A stretch of 63,328 nucleotides of DNA, the filler included, from Sphacelaria rigidula (taxonomy: Eukaryota): assembly GCA_964200075.2 (NCBI GenBank). It is 9 parts of 9 records of this genome, joined end to end, with 100 filler letters (N's around TTAATTAATTAA, not from the genome) between each part and the next. Parts side by side here need not be neighbours in the genome. Positions count along the whole stretch, not along the records: positions 21,147 to 28,094 come from CAXNAA020017259.1; positions 28,195 to 35,142 come from CAXNAA020017260.1; positions 35,243 to 42,189 come from CAXNAA020017261.1; 6 more parts are not named here. The stretch is one strand, 5' to 3'. Shown piece after piece: positions 24,064-37,133 of the stretch (positions are counted from its first letter, which is position 1; each line of letters begins with the position of its first letter). A program made the translations under genes and the position numbers. A model generated the notes under the pieces. It had not been told where the DNA came from. It saw only the letters and a list, made by a program, of their open reading frames with translations, and made no database searches.

Positions 24064-26051
24064 CTATCGCATGCTATTGCCGTGGTCGTCCTCCCTCGTC
24101 CTCTTTCTGCGTAGTAGGCATTTCGCCACGGCACAAAACTCCTCAATCCCAACGAAAACGTCTTCGATCGACCCACCAATCTGCGGGCCACCACTTCCAC
24201 GCACGCCATCCTTTATTACACACTCCTTTGCAGCCTCAAGCACAGCCTCCTCACTGAGTACAACATCATCATCCGGTTTATACACCGACCGCAACGCATT
24301 TCCAATCGTAGATATCGGAATACGAATACTACCACCATTCCCGCCCCCGCCGACGTCGCGTAATCCCCGAGACTCATCATCATCTCGATCTATGAACGCG
24401 GCAGTGGCAAACGCGGCGCGTTCTACAGCGTCATCTCCAAAGCGCGATTGAAGCAGAGCTAAGGCATCTTTGCGTTGGGCCTGTAGAGATGTGGTCCGGG
24501 ATGATTCCACGCGGAGTTGTCGTTTCCATAGATCTCGGTCGTTCTCCAGCTGGTCTATCTCATCCAGAAGAGACTCCATCTCTGCCGACAGGTTCGTTTT
24601 CTGTCTGTGGATTTCGGACAGGAAATCGTTTTCCTGCGCGTACGTGTGGTGGATCAGAGAAAATGTCGTAGCAACGACCCGGTGTGTTTTAACGTAGCAG
24701 CCTTCATAAGAAGCGCCGCCGAGTAGTAGAGTTTCTCTGCGGTCGATTTCAGCGAAAGGTGACGTGAGCGGTCGACGCCGTAGAAAGAGAAATGAGTACG
24801 AAATGCGAAATACGTTTGCTTGTAGGATACATCAAGAACTCTGAGGTAGGATTGGTCGTGGCGTTTTTGTTCGCTGGGTGGAAGTAGTGTTGCGTAATTA
24901 CCTGAAGATGTTTGCTCTGCCTCGCCAGTTTTAGGGCCAACTTTTCCTTCTCTAACTCTTCCACTTCTTCGCGCAACATCTCCAGGCTTTCGGTGAAGCG
25001 TTTCGGCAAGGAATGCAGTCTCTGCTCTGCCCTACAACGTTCTTGTTTCGCCAAACGCGCAGCGTCGACAGTAGATGTTGCCTCACTTTCCGCCGCGGCT
25101 TGACCCTTCCTCAGTTGATCATTCAGCAGTTCTAACTCCATGATCCTATCTTTTGCTTCAAACTGCAACAACGCACAGTGATTGGCACGGTAAAACGGCT
25201 TAGTAAAACGGCTAGCTAAGACGGTGGCACGTACAGATTATACATACTACGGTAAGTAGGCTACTTACTCAATGCATTGATTATGTCGAGATGCGGTCGT
25301 GCTCACAGCCTCTCTCCACTACAGCACTACTCGTCAAAAATGTTCGAGGCACTGATAGCGTTACGGCATTAACATGTTACGAGACAAAAACTCAGCTACG
25401 AGCCCAAAAATATGTTTTCATACACCGACCGAACCGACGTACATTGGCTGCATCTTGTCGCCGTCTCACGTGCCCCTCTCCACCATCACCGCCACTCTCG
25501 TCTGCTCGATCACCCCTACTGCTATATTTCGGAAACCCTCTTCCACCCACTGTTGCAACCGCACCACTACCCGATCCTCTAGATCCTAACCCGTGTTGCC
25601 CCGCCACAACAGCTTCTCCTAACATTTTCGCCGTTGATAGCTCGCGCTTCTCTGTCCGCAGTACAGCAAGGGCCGCTTCTGCACGGTTTATCCTGTCCTT
25701 CACTGCTACCTCCACGGCCGCAAGACGAACTTTTTCGGATCGAAGTTCCTGCAGCTTTTCATTGATAGCTTCGCGATCATAAAAAGATGGGAGCCTGTGA
25801 GGCTTATGATGAGAATGCTGCTCGCGGATACCATTTTGGGCGTCGTTGTTGTTGGAAAATTCGGCCCCGTCGCAGAGACATTGGTGTTTGCCGTGGTTAT
25901 ATTCGATGTCCGGATCGTCCCAGGCGTACGCAGGTTTGCCAGCCTTGATTCGGGTTATCCTACTGCTGAGCTCCTCGGGTTCAATGTCCACCATGGTGGA
26001 TTGTTGCCTTTTTTCGGGGTATACTTGTGACGAATCCAAAGCTTGATGCAT
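24064..26051 (-). CDS. Uncharacterised coiled-coil protein; exons ~26051-25443, 25162-24902, 24633-24064 (stop)
   Basis: Phase-0 GT/AG junctions link three open frames rich in heptad-like E/K/L segments. Start codon uncertain. Confidence 0.75.
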
Positions 26052-27784
26052 GCGTTACAGTACAGTACCACGGCACTGTGCCCTGGAATGCTCCAGAATC
26101 GTGCTGACGGCCCTCGTCCACGCTTGCTTGCGTCTCCGTTTCACAAGATGGGGACTCGTCGGATTTGCTTTACACTCACACTGCGCTCAAGCAGGCAAAC
26201 GTTGACGATGCGATGATCACGTGCGCAGAAAGGATTGTGATACATAAATCGCCTCTTGGAAAACGATACGCGCGAGTCGGTACGGCATATTCCTCCGCCC
26301 GTTGAATTGTATCCTGTGTTTCGATACTGCACGTATCAGTGGATCGAATGGTATTTCCTGATAATACGCAAAACTAAACACCTCGAGACACCAATGAAGC
26401 TCGGCAACCACACACCAAACATTTTTTGGAGTTGTTGTGTGCACACTATTCCTACTGCATGATGGCATCTCGGGGCTCTCACATCGGTGGGCAAACTGTA
26501 TTGCGGGTAAATGCGCTCCGATGCGCCCTAGTGTGTACACGCACAGTTACCCCCAAAAAATCAGAGACGGTGTAGTGGACAGTGGAGGAACGGGGGACTC
26601 TCATTCGACCTCACCTCCTCTCCGAGATTCGGGTTACAGTGCACTTTAGGGGGGCGTGGCTTCGAAATGGTGTGCTACAACAATGCTCGTAATCCGTCAC
26701 TGGGTTGACGACTGTTGCGTATAGAAGCGCGAACTCGTACGAAACATATAGTCCTGTCTGTGGTGATGGCTACGACGAAGAGTATTGCGCTTCTGGCCGT
26801 GCCGATGTTTTGTCTTCGTTGCACCAATGCGCTCATCGAAAAGGATAATCTCACAGAATGTTTCCCTGTTTGCCGCGGACGCCTACACTATTGTGATATC
26901 CAACGTTCTGCCGTGTGTGTGGTAGCAATATCAGCTGTCACTGCAATATCCTTCACCCTTTACGCGCATGTTGCCATGTTCGCCGACGATGCAGTGCAGG
27001 GTGTTGCTACTGTATGCGCATGCTTACCCACAGACAAGAACAGGATCCATATGACACAAAATGTACGCAGCATGTAATGCACGCATTAATCAGGGTACCT
27101 CCGACATATATATATATATATGCACACCGCGATAGATTTTCACACCCGGGAAACCAGATGACATTGTCCACAAGAGCACTGCGTATAGCATCGGCGATTG
27201 GGATTATGGCAATGGACATGAGATTCCATACTGTAGTGAAAACATTACACTTTTGTCAAATATAATTTTTTGTTCAGGGTGTGTACATTTTGCAAACGAC
27301 AAGCCACAATAATCGATGCTGAAAACGTAGCTTGCAGCAAATGCAGAACGAGTTATGCACCCAGGAGTTCGCCTCAAGCTCCAACATACAAGACACACTC
27401 GATGGATGCCGGTCCGTCCATTGTATCACCATCAGCTGTGGTACACGTTGATATCACCCGGCCCCTCGCCCCTGCATGCAACCAACACGTTGCCATAGAT
27501 TTCACCCAATGATAGACACCGCCAACATACACTACGTTGATAATTTTCCGTGCGATAACAAGAAATCACAACCCGTCCCGGCCTCCGTCTCGAAATGCAT
27601 GCGTGGTCAATGGTCAAACGACACAGGCAAGGGACAAATGAGTACGCCCCCTCCCCCTCCCCGCTCCATACCGCGGAACGGACGATGCCGTCCCAGCTAC
27701 ATGTACGCAGGTGTTCAATGTTCTCCTGAGCTCTGTACCTATGGACAACTCTGCATCTATTTGAAGCATGTACCCCCGCACGCC

Positions 27785-28000
27785 TCATGTTTGCGGCGTG
27801 ACAAGTCCGCTTTGCGCTGGCACAGAGACGGTGCTGGAAGGGCCTGTCATTGCAGAGATGGGGACGGGGGGTCCGGCACCTTCGTCAGCCGTCATGGACG
27901 ATTCCGACCTCTTTTCCGACCTTCGTTGCCTTCGGTCGCGATCGGACCCTCTCCGTTTCTTGTCCTCACGCGGCGCACTGAGTGCCCGGGCCATCAAGTC
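27785..28000 (-). CDS. Probable terminal exon of an unknown gene (DLMARALSAPREDKKRR...VTPQT*)
   Basis: Pyrimidine-rich CGCAG acceptor at 28001; 72 codons to TGA; GC-rich coding-like composition. Confidence 0.5.
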   Translation of the reverse strand, partial: DLMARALSAPREDKKRRGSDRDRRQRRSEKRSESSMTADEGAGPPVPISAMTGPSSTVSVPAQSGLVTPQT

Positions 28001-28721
28001 CTGCGTGCACGCGAGGGGAGGGGGGGGGGGGGGACTCATGATCATGCCTGCCAAAGGCATAAGACCACTGACCTTGCATCCCTACAATGCCGGGNNNNNN
28101 NNNNNNNNNNNNNNNNNNNNNNNNNNNNNNNNNNNNNNTTAATTAATTAANNNNNNNNNNNNNNNNNNNNNNNNNNNNNNNNNNNNNNNNNNNNGTACAC
28201 CCCCCCCCCCCTCTCGCACACACACACGTATTCTCGACTCCTTGTGTCGTCATCGAGACCGTAACCCCTGGGGCATCAAAAGGGGGATACTGTGAAAGGT
28301 ACCGATGTGTGATTCGGAAGACAGATGGTAACGCCCACCGTCCGGTTCGGTGCAGATTGCTCAGTTTGAATCATGTCGAAGTGATAGCGGTGAAGACATC
28401 ATCCGACGTGTTTTCCCCAGCGCTCAGCACGTTGATCACAACAACGATTCCTGGCAGTTCGCTAGCCTTCATAATACAATCGGTGCAACCCAACCGCCAG
28501 AGTCGTGGGCGTGCGTGGGTAGTGCTGGGCAGTATATCAAACAGTCGAGTCGGATAATATGAGTTGATACAGATCGATGGTTTTGCGTTGATACACTCGT
28601 TCGACTGAGATAAATATGTACCCTCACGAACAACCTGCCATTTGCCGCTGGGCGTCACAAGACCATCCCCCGCACACGTATGCACCAAAGGGCGCACCGC
28701 ACCATGCACGAATCACCATCA

Positions 28722-30420
28722 TCATGTACACGAGGCACGCTTGATGAGTACCGCCTGGAAAAGACAGCCTTGAATTGTACCGCCCGATGCGTGCGACTTA
28801 TCTACAGTAACTAAGGATGTCTCGGGTTTTCCCATCAGCTGCAATTCAAACGCGAAGTCATCGTCACGGTCGTTGCCGGCTTTCGATGCCAAGTCTTCGC
28901 TCTCCGACCCGCGGCCTTCGGAATCTGACTCTACAATCCGGATCACGACTGAATACTTCAACCCGTAGCCGTTAGACCCATCGAGTCCGCCGTTGCAACA
29001 ATCGCGTGACCGGATCTGTTCCTGGATCCGACCCCCCTACTGCCTCCGTCCCGTCATCGCACCAGCACGACTTCCCACCATGAGTCGTGTGAACAGCTGC
29101 CCCCGACGTGTTGCTCTCTCCACTCGCCTCGCCCCTTCGACCGCACGTCGTAGACCCGCTCCTTTGGTCGTCCGCTGTGGTCCCGCCCCTCCGTTGATGA
29201 GATCGGCCGCGCGCATCGCTATTTCCGCCGCCGGTATCACCACTGGGGGTCGCGCCTGTCGTTTTCGAAGGGGGCGGGGGCAAGAAGCAGTGGCTCTGAC
29301 ACCCGCAGCTCAGCGTGCGCTTCCTCGTACATCTGCATCCTCGGCATCTGTGGCTTATTTGCGCCGCCTATGCCGGCTTGCATGGACATCTATCTGAGGG
29401 TTCGCGGGTTCCCGGATGTATCGACGTACGTGTAGCTTGACACGTAAACAACAAAGTCGTCCCGTGCGAGCTTCACCACCCTTCTGCCCACCCGTTTCTC
29501 TACCATCCTAGTGATGAGTACTCTTTTCAGGTTCAACAGCTCACCTCACACCCGTCGAAGTCCACTGTCGGCCTCCTGCGCTGAACTCCGCCCCCCCCAA
29601 GTATTCGAATACTTCGTCAGACTCACTCACGTGATTCCTGCAGGCGTCCAGGCTTGGGCAGCAGCGGATAGGCATGTTCCCGTGTACTGTGGTGATACAC
29701 AGGTGGTTCTTGTTCACGGATGGCTCCGAGTCCAGTGAGGATGTGCCTGTGAAAACGATCCGGACCCGCGGCGACTTGCGCAAACGCATTTTCGTACCTG
29801 GAAAAAGCAACGTGGCCAGTAGTTTTACGTCCTCGCCGACATCCACCCCCAGGGCACCGTTTTTCACCACCAGTAGTAGCGGTCTTTCGAACAGATTTGG
29901 CGTTCGCAGGACCTTCAGAACGAAGCTCCACATCTCGAGGGAATGAATCCTAGACAGACATGGTAGGAAGTCGCGTCCAGTCAACGGGTAGATTAAAACG
30001 AATAGTGCCACCTTCACATATTGTGTCAGCCAAGGATACTGTCCATTGGGCGGTCAAGTGTTCTCGCTTCTGTCCTCAGATTCTCGATTGCACGGTATAC
30101 CCTGTCCATCACCACGTACCGAGGACTACCGTTCACACTGCGTTTGACAGTGATTCGCACGTCGTCTGAGTCCTTCGGCGCAATACACCCAGAGGAGATA
30201 GCCAGCAGTACAAAAGCCCATTGATCAGTATCGATGGAAGTCACGTGCTACTTCTTCAACTGGTCTTCCGAGCAGCCTCCTGGAGTGGATGATGAAGTGT
30301 ACTACGGGCATCTCTCCATCACCTACACCGGGCCCAGCTGCGCTGTAGATGCTCTGATCGGGCCCGCTACCATGACGCCACCACAACAAATGGGGTTTGT
30401 CACGACCAAAGGGATTGGGG
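28722..30420 (-). mobile_element. Decayed XPG/FEN1-like PIN nuclease plus Cys-rich finger; AcademX-like DNA transposon remnant
   Basis: Ordered motifs GVGDGEMP (30306-30329), SIDTDQWAFVLL (~30205-30240), LTGRDFLP (29961-29984), PSLDACRNHV (~29630-29660), CPCK...CRGCRC...CGCQSHC (29289-29388), then an acidic tail; intronless, with frameshifts and stops. Confidence 0.65.
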
Positions 30421-30949
30421 AGCACCGCACTTCGCCGATATGCTTCTGCTGCCGCCACTGTTCCCCCCTCTCGCCGCCTGCTGATACCGCGAGATACAGT
30501 AGTCAATCGCCCACACCCCCGTGCGGGAGCCAATGCTCGCATCTGGCGCAGTCGTCAGCGCCGGTACCGTCCCGCTTGGTCACCCGCCTGTCACCGCCGC
30601 AAGATATGTCTGCAGGGCCGCCCCTGCCAGACCTCTGCCATTGATACCTCCGCCCACCGCAGTTGCTGCCACCGGCGGCATCGCCGTTCCTCCACCCCCC
30701 ACCTGCCTGATGCTGCCGCTGAAGTCGACCGGTGTGCAGCCATCGCCAGCCTGCCGTCACAAATCTCCCGCCTGTTGCCGCCTCTGCTGCTGCTGCTGTT
30801 TTGACCCCCTTCAGTACAATCACATTCATTAGAATACATATCTTAACCATCCGACGGCGAGAGTAGGTCATCTGTTGAATCGGCATCGACTTTACTTGAA
30901 AAGAGCATGCATGATGCAGATGGACTGCCCTCGCGGTCTAAGGGCTAAT

Positions 30950-31583
30950 CACAGTGTTGAGGTGCGAATCACTTAGAATCGCTTTCATCTTCCCCAACCA
31001 TGCCTTACCCTTCCCTGCTGCTTTATCTGTGTGTGCATCCTAGAACAGGTTTCTACATATCTACGATAAGGCATGCCTAATGGTGTACGATCAGCAATTC
31101 CTCTCCTTCCTACTTTCATTTGGCCAAGGACTCTACCGAGCCCTCCTTATTTACCTTCGTTACATACAACCATTTGATGCTTTTCTCCTGTGAAGCCCAG
31201 TAAATTCGTACATATGGCTGTCCCTCTAGAGGTGCAAAGATAGAACCATGAGATTCTTATTGCTATGGTTGGCGATCTCCGTTTCCTGCATTTGAATTTC
31301 TGTTGAGTCTCGCGTGTTGAGCGGGAACGTTGGATTCTGCCTCTAGTAGGTCGAATGGTCGCCGGCGGCCCCGGAACGTATTAGATTATTAGCAGTATTT
31401 ATCTCATTTTGTGTCGCGTCTGCGTGAACTTTCGTAAGTCGTATTTCGTTTTTGCTTGATTTCATCATAGCTTGTTTCGAGCAGTTCGCTTGTGACCACG
31501 GAAGGTGTCCGCATCAGATGCCCAGAACGGAGTACTGCGCAGATATCGGAACTATTTTCAAATGTTTAGACAAGACAACAACA

Positions 31584-31645
<62 letters not shown>

Positions 31646-31659
31646 AGCAGCAGCAGCAA

Positions 31660-31694
<35 letters not shown>

Positions 31695-31718
31695 ACAACA
31701 ACAACAACAACAACAACA

Positions 31719-31765
<47 letters not shown>

Positions 31766-33870
31766 CACTTCTACTACTACCACTACTACTACCGCGCAAC
31801 TCGTTCGCTGTCACTGTCCACTTCCTAGGGCATTCCAACGCCTTTTTTTTTCCTATTTCTCCGATCCTTATGGTGTTCCTGACATCTCCACGAAATCATC
31901 CGCGACCATCAATCCCGATACCGTATCTTCCCCCACTCTGACTTTATCATGCCATTAATAAACACGTTGAATGAAGTGGGTGATAGTATACATCCTTGTG
32001 CAACTCCTTGTAAAATGTATTTTTTTTAATATTTCCCCGTCTACCATCACAGCACTTCTCGCACGTTCCTGTCTTCATTTTTTCCATTCTCCACATCTTT
32101 TCTCTGATCCCAGTTTGCCTCATCTTTTCCCACAACTCATTTTTTCGTATCTTGTGATAGGTCTTCTGTACGTCTATAATAAGACAGAGCGATTTCAGTC
32201 CGGCGTCTGTCCCACCTCGAATAACCTCATCCAAAGTGTGCACATGATCTACGCAGCTGTGGTTTGGCCTGAACCCTGCTTACCCCTCGCTGAATTGTTT
32301 CCCCTTCTCCAGCATCGTTCCCACTGTATCGTTCAGAACCTTACAGAATGCCTTCTCTACGATGCTCAATAACGGTTTCCCTCTATACTTCCCTGGCTCA
32401 GCCTTATCTCCTTTCTTGAACAAGCTCACCATCACTCCTTCTTTCCAACTCTTGGGGTATATATTCATTTTCTCAGATCCAACTATACGACATAACCCTC
32501 ATGGTGACCGTTTCACTCTCCCCCGCGCTTCATAACTTCATTCACTACTTCGTTTGCCCCTGCTGCCCCTCTGTTCATAAGTCGAGCGACACACTCCCTT
32601 CCTTGCTCTCTTGTGATATCTCTCTTCAATTCTTGTGAACCACTGTTTTCCCGTTTCGATGGCGCTACATTTATTTGCCCCCGCTCACCCACTGAGCTCT
32701 TTGTCGAATCCCGCGTCGAACTTTTCGTTAGTGGTTGGTCTTCTCAATTTTCGGTAGTGTTCTACGAGTACTCATCTCTTCCCACCAACAAGTTTACCGT
32801 TCTGCGCCCTTAGTGTGGCTATTCTGTTGTCTCCCTCTCCTCTCTGCCTGCCCGGTATCTTATTTTATCCCCTAATCAGATTTGCTTCATCCTGCAATAC
32901 GACATCTTCGTTTGTTGTACTCGCTACATCTTTCCATATTTCCTTCTCTTTCTTCTCTACTATTCGTTTCATCTCTTTTCTAGCCTTAGCATACTCCTCC
33001 CACCCTACCGTAGATTACTCCTTGAAAATCTTTTGTTTGCCTCTCTCCTTACTCTTACAGCCTTGCTTCCCTTCTCTTCCCATTGTTGTTTGGTGTTGCA
33101 CAGAATCATTCCCTCCCCTATGACTTCACTCACTGTGGTCTTCACCACTTGCATTCATCTTTCTATAATCTCCAATCTTGTCTGACCCCTTTTTATTTCA
33201 GTATTAGCTGTATCTACGCTTTCCAGCGGCTCGGAAGATTTCACGGCATTTGTTCATCTCTTCTTGGAAATTTTGTTGTTTTTCGTTCATTTTTCGTTTA
33301 TTATATTCTCCATTTGTACAGCTTCCAATACCACAATTTCGTGATAGCTCCCGTTCCTCAGCTGCCTGTCCATCTTAGGCAACGATCCGTAGTTCGTACG
33401 TCCGCTGCGCATACATGCACTTCCGTTTCCTTAGTACTTCCATATTTTTACCACTGCAGAGTCAAGAATTGAGCTTTCTGTGTTTGTGATGCATTCTCTA
33501 GCCCATTGTGGACCTGCTTTTTTCTCTATTGCTTAACGCCATCTTGTTATGCTCAAGGGACGTCAACATCTCTACCCATTTGTATATTTCTCCGTTTTCC
33601 CGTATTGCCGAATGTTATCAGATAGTTGGTTGACATTCTTTTCCAATTTTTCCATTGGTATCTAGAAAAAACTTACTCCTTGCCTTTTATACTTTTGTGT
33701 TTCTGCCACTATACCTCCAAACTCCTTCTGTATATATCTTTCCGGACTCTTGGACTCTGGGGGGGTATAGATGTTCCCCAAGAAAAATGTATCATTGCCC
33801 ACCTTCCTGGTACCTATAGCCAAAAGATACCAAGCCGTAGGTTGCAGTATAACCGCATGCATGATTGGAG
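30950..33870 (-). mobile_element. Decayed non-LTR retrotransposon (LINE): endonuclease remnant and reverse transcriptase
   Basis: FLGNIYTPPES; PKSWKEGVMVSLFKKGDKAEPGKYRG; GFRPNHSCVDH; IDVQKTY; QGCILSP; LMVADD; C-terminal GKMKAILSDSHL. Many disablements; interrupted near 31330-31800. Confidence 0.9.
31575..31793. repeat. Compound trinucleotide microsatellite (ACA)(ACG)n(GCA)(ACA)n(ACT)n
   Basis: Read directly from the sequence. Confidence 0.97.
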
Positions 33871-34269
33871 CAGTCGCAGGGAACAGGGGATCCTGGATTG
33901 ATGATCATCTGTGTGGCTCGTCGCTGTCTACTCTTGATGTGGTCTGATGAGGATCACTCCGTGATAATAACAAGTGAGAAGAAAGGACTTCTTGAGTACG
34001 AGGCCAGTGCTACTGGAGGAGTCCCTCGTGGATAGTCCTCTTGTCCAGATTGTCTGGCAGAGGCTACAATATCTAGGTATTTTTTCTCTCGGCACTCTGT
34101 TAGAGGAGTTGTGGCTGAGGAGATATTGGGCTGCAGCGAAGAGCCAGTTGAGCCCCAAGACAGGAAGAGACCAGCTTGAAGCGCACAGCATTGGGAGAAC
34201 GTTCCGTGAGCTGGAGGACGTAAACATCAGGCAAGAGTCTCTCCGTGAAGTGTTTGAAGCATAGTCGAG

Positions 34270-35142
34270 ATGGCTCAAGCGGCGGCAGCGCCGCCGGTGT
34301 TAGGTGAGCCACTACAGCCACCAAAGTATGGTGAAGTATGGACCGAGGAAGCATACCTTGAATACATACAGCGGTGGAGTCTAGTGAACTCAGCAGGAAA
34401 TATACGGCATGAAAGAGTAAGCATAGGGCAACTCATTCTTGTCTACATTCACCGCTGCTCCGAAGACAAGTACAAGGACGGTCGGGCTATGACCTCCGAT
34501 GAATTGCTTGATGCTGTGAAGCAGCATGCCGGGTATACTACAACCGGTGAGAAGCATGACGCTACGCGGGCTGCAGCAGCCCTGCGTAGGGTACTTACAG
34601 TGACAAAAACCGATGGAAAGTCCGTGAAGGATCGTGCTATGATGGTTAGTTCAGATATGGAACGGTGTTTTGCACAGAACCTGATGGTGCAAGCCATGTA
34701 CCGGGCGGTGGACAGGAGTTGGTCGTCTGGCCCGGCCGAGTCGTTTTCCATAGCTTTGGTGGGCGAGATTTCGCCCCCGGAATTCAAGGCGTATGTTAGA
34801 AGTGTACTACCAACGTATGTTGACGGCTGGAAAAGAACCCGACGGTGGTGTTCAAAAACATGTTTGAGGCGGCCGACCAGTGGAAGCTCATTGAAGCACA
34901 TGGCCGGCGTGACTCTGCTACAAGTGCAGGTGGTATGCGCCGCAAACACCAACAGCAACAGAAACAGCAGCCGTCTTCGCGAGAGTCGTCCACTCGCGCG
35001 TGTTACAACTGCGGCGACACCGGACATATGATCAAGGACTGCCCCAAGCCTCGCGCTCCATGCGCGGCACAGGGGCAATGTGCGAGATTCATCAGGATCT
35101 CGGGGCGGTCGTCACCGTGGACGGGGCCGTGCCAATCAGGGA
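34270..35142 (+). mobile_element. LTR retrotransposon gag (probably Ty3/gypsy-type), frameshifted, truncated by contig end
   Basis: 253-aa ORF shifts near 34830 into the frame carrying the zinc knuckle CYNCGDTGHMIKDC (35000-35042); no introns. Superfamily not provable without pol. Confidence 0.75.
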
Positions 35143-35316
35143 NNNNNNNNNNNNNNNNNNNNNNNNNNNNNNNNNNNNNNNNNNNNTTAATTAATTAANN
35201 NNNNNNNNNNNNNNNNNNNNNNNNNNNNNNNNNNNNNNNNNNGATAGAGCGCTGGCAAGGGGAGTCACCCTCCTCGGAGTGAAAGTGACGGGGATCAAAC
35301 CCCCACTACCTTTTGC

Positions 35317-35400
35317 GACGGTTTAAGAGACGACCAACTGGACCACTGACCAGTCAGCGCTGACTGGTCAGTGGTCCAGTTGGTCGTCTCTTAAACCGTC
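35317..35400. repeat. Perfect 84-bp palindrome formed by the head of a tRNA-like SINE
   Basis: GACGGTTTAAGAGACGACCAACTGGACCACTGACCAGTCAGC followed by its exact reverse complement; the minus strand has A-box GTGGTCCAGTTGG and B-box-like GGTTTGATCC. Confidence 0.9.
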
Positions 35401-35454
35401 ACAACTCGTAGACGAACCTTGCGTTCTTCCCGGAGACCGCTCATTTTTCTCGGA

Positions 35455-35835
35455 GCTTTCATGTCGTTTTAAGCCCTAGAGGAGAGCTAGGCAGATTTTT
35501 ACACCTTGGAATACTGTACCTCGCTGTACTCGTTCAGACGGTACCAGCACACCAACTGTGCGTTTTTCTGGTGGCCGCAGTCTTTTTCTTTCCCAAATTC
35601 GCATTTTTCTAGAAGACTGCTCATTTTCTCGGAGACCGGTCAAGCCCAGACAAGTGTTGGAAATTGTTCTGGGCTATGAACGGTCTCCGAGAAACATGCA
35701 AGTTTGGGCAAGAAAAAAATGCGGCCACCGGAAAACGCACAGGTGTGCTGGAGCCGTCTCAACGAATGCCGCATGTCATTGGTGTGTCGAAATCTTCTGA
35801 GCTCTCTTTCCGGGTGTAAAACGACATAGAAGCCC
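35455..35835. mobile_element. Foldback element, ~180-bp imperfect arms
   Basis: ATGTCGTTTTA...CTGTGCGTTTT.CTGGTGGCCGCA...TTCTCGGAGACCG mirrored by CGGTCTCCGAGAA...TGCGGCCACCGGAAAACGCACAG...TAAAACGACAT. Confidence 0.8.
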
Positions 35836-36592
35836 CCCAAAGGTGCTTATTCCTCAGATTTGATGCATTCAGCACCTTCGTTCGAAATATATGGAGTTTA
35901 GTAACATATTATACTCGTACATCAATTCGTACATATTCCAAAACGGGCGGGGGAATTAATTGGAAGGGGTATAGGGGGGAATGTGGAGCCAGATCTGAGA
36001 GATGGACGATCCTCGTAACCGTGCATATATATGGGTACCGGGCAACAATCATCAAGCCTGTATATTCAACACGTGGACGAACAACGGAACAAACAGCGGT
36101 TTTAGCGCTGCACTACTGTACAACAATGATGCACAGGCGACGGTGAATCCACCAACACCGACTACATCGCACACACCAATGAGCAAATGAATGTCGTCGC
36201 GGGCACGCAGATGGCTGATCGTGGCGTGTAAGAGTTGTTGCAGACGTTCGCAAACGATCGCTGCACAGGTACATCAAGCGGACGGTTTCGCAATAGTCAT
36301 GCATGGACATCGAAGCTCATGCCCCCGTCTCGCTCTCGCTACTGTACTTGTACTGTTGTATATGGCTATCTGTATTATTTCTGTTCGAAGTTTATGAACT
36401 TGAACTGACAAAAACGGTAGGGCCAGAAAGGATCCTGTTCGTACACCGTAGGCTCTAGCCACGCTTTCGTTTGCCAACTCTTTTCTCATTCCTCAAGCAG
36501 TTTGGTTTACATGTAGATACTGTACTTTTCCCAAATGCAACAAAATTGCATGGCATGCAAGGTAACCTATCCCGTAGGTGAAAAGTAAAAAG

Positions 36593-36673
36593 TACACGCG
36601 GTGGGAGTCGAACCCACGAACCCGAAGGACCGGAACTTGAACCCGACGCATTTGACCACTCTGCAACACGTGT
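36593..36673 (-). tRNA. trnL-CAA: tRNA-Leu (anticodon CAA), 81 nt
   Basis: Cloverleaf: ACACGTG/CGCGTGT acceptor, GCA/TGC D-stem, TCGGG-TTCAAGT-TCCGG anticodon arm, long variable arm, GTGGG-TTCGACT-CCCAC T-arm, discriminator A, T5 terminator directly downstream. Several G-U pairs, so a pseudogene is not excluded. Confidence 0.85.
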
Positions 36674-37133
36674 GATGCCTGGAGAGGCGCGATATTGTTT
36701 TTCTTTTATATCAGAGCATACTTTTTGCTTCCTTGACGGCAGTCTACTCATAAATTCATACTCCGCATTGCGCGCCGTTTATATGCACCTGCACTGTGTC
36801 TGCGGGTGAGTTTACGTTGTGGAGTCGATCACGAAGTAGTATTTAAAGCTGTGACAACGCTTTCGTGAGATTGAGAGTAAAGCGCTGATTGAGAGTGGCT
36901 TTGACAATTCGCTGTAACTTATTAGCCGATTTTTCATTCCGTGTGTGCTTTTTTTTGCGTCCATCACCGGGGTGTGCTTGCAGCTCAGCTTCACGTCGAT
37001 ATCCTACTCAGGGATATCAAGGGCCTCCGTAGCAAGCTATTATACTATAGAAAGCATATTGGGCCTCGGGGAGGGGCATTTCGGACCTGAAACGATTAAT
37101 TAACTAATTGACCGCTTTTCACTCTCAATCGTA

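Noticed and set aside
31452-31958. Poly-Thr/Asp/Val/Cys ORFs (also 50447-51118, 57222-57542, 57720-58001)
   Set aside because: Open frames arise from microsatellites; only 57372-57487 is a supported exon.
33944-33975. Hammerhead ribozyme core CTGATGAG (also 52743 and minus strand ~14711-14735)
   Set aside because: No correctly placed GAAA after a closing stem II, or stem II does not pair.
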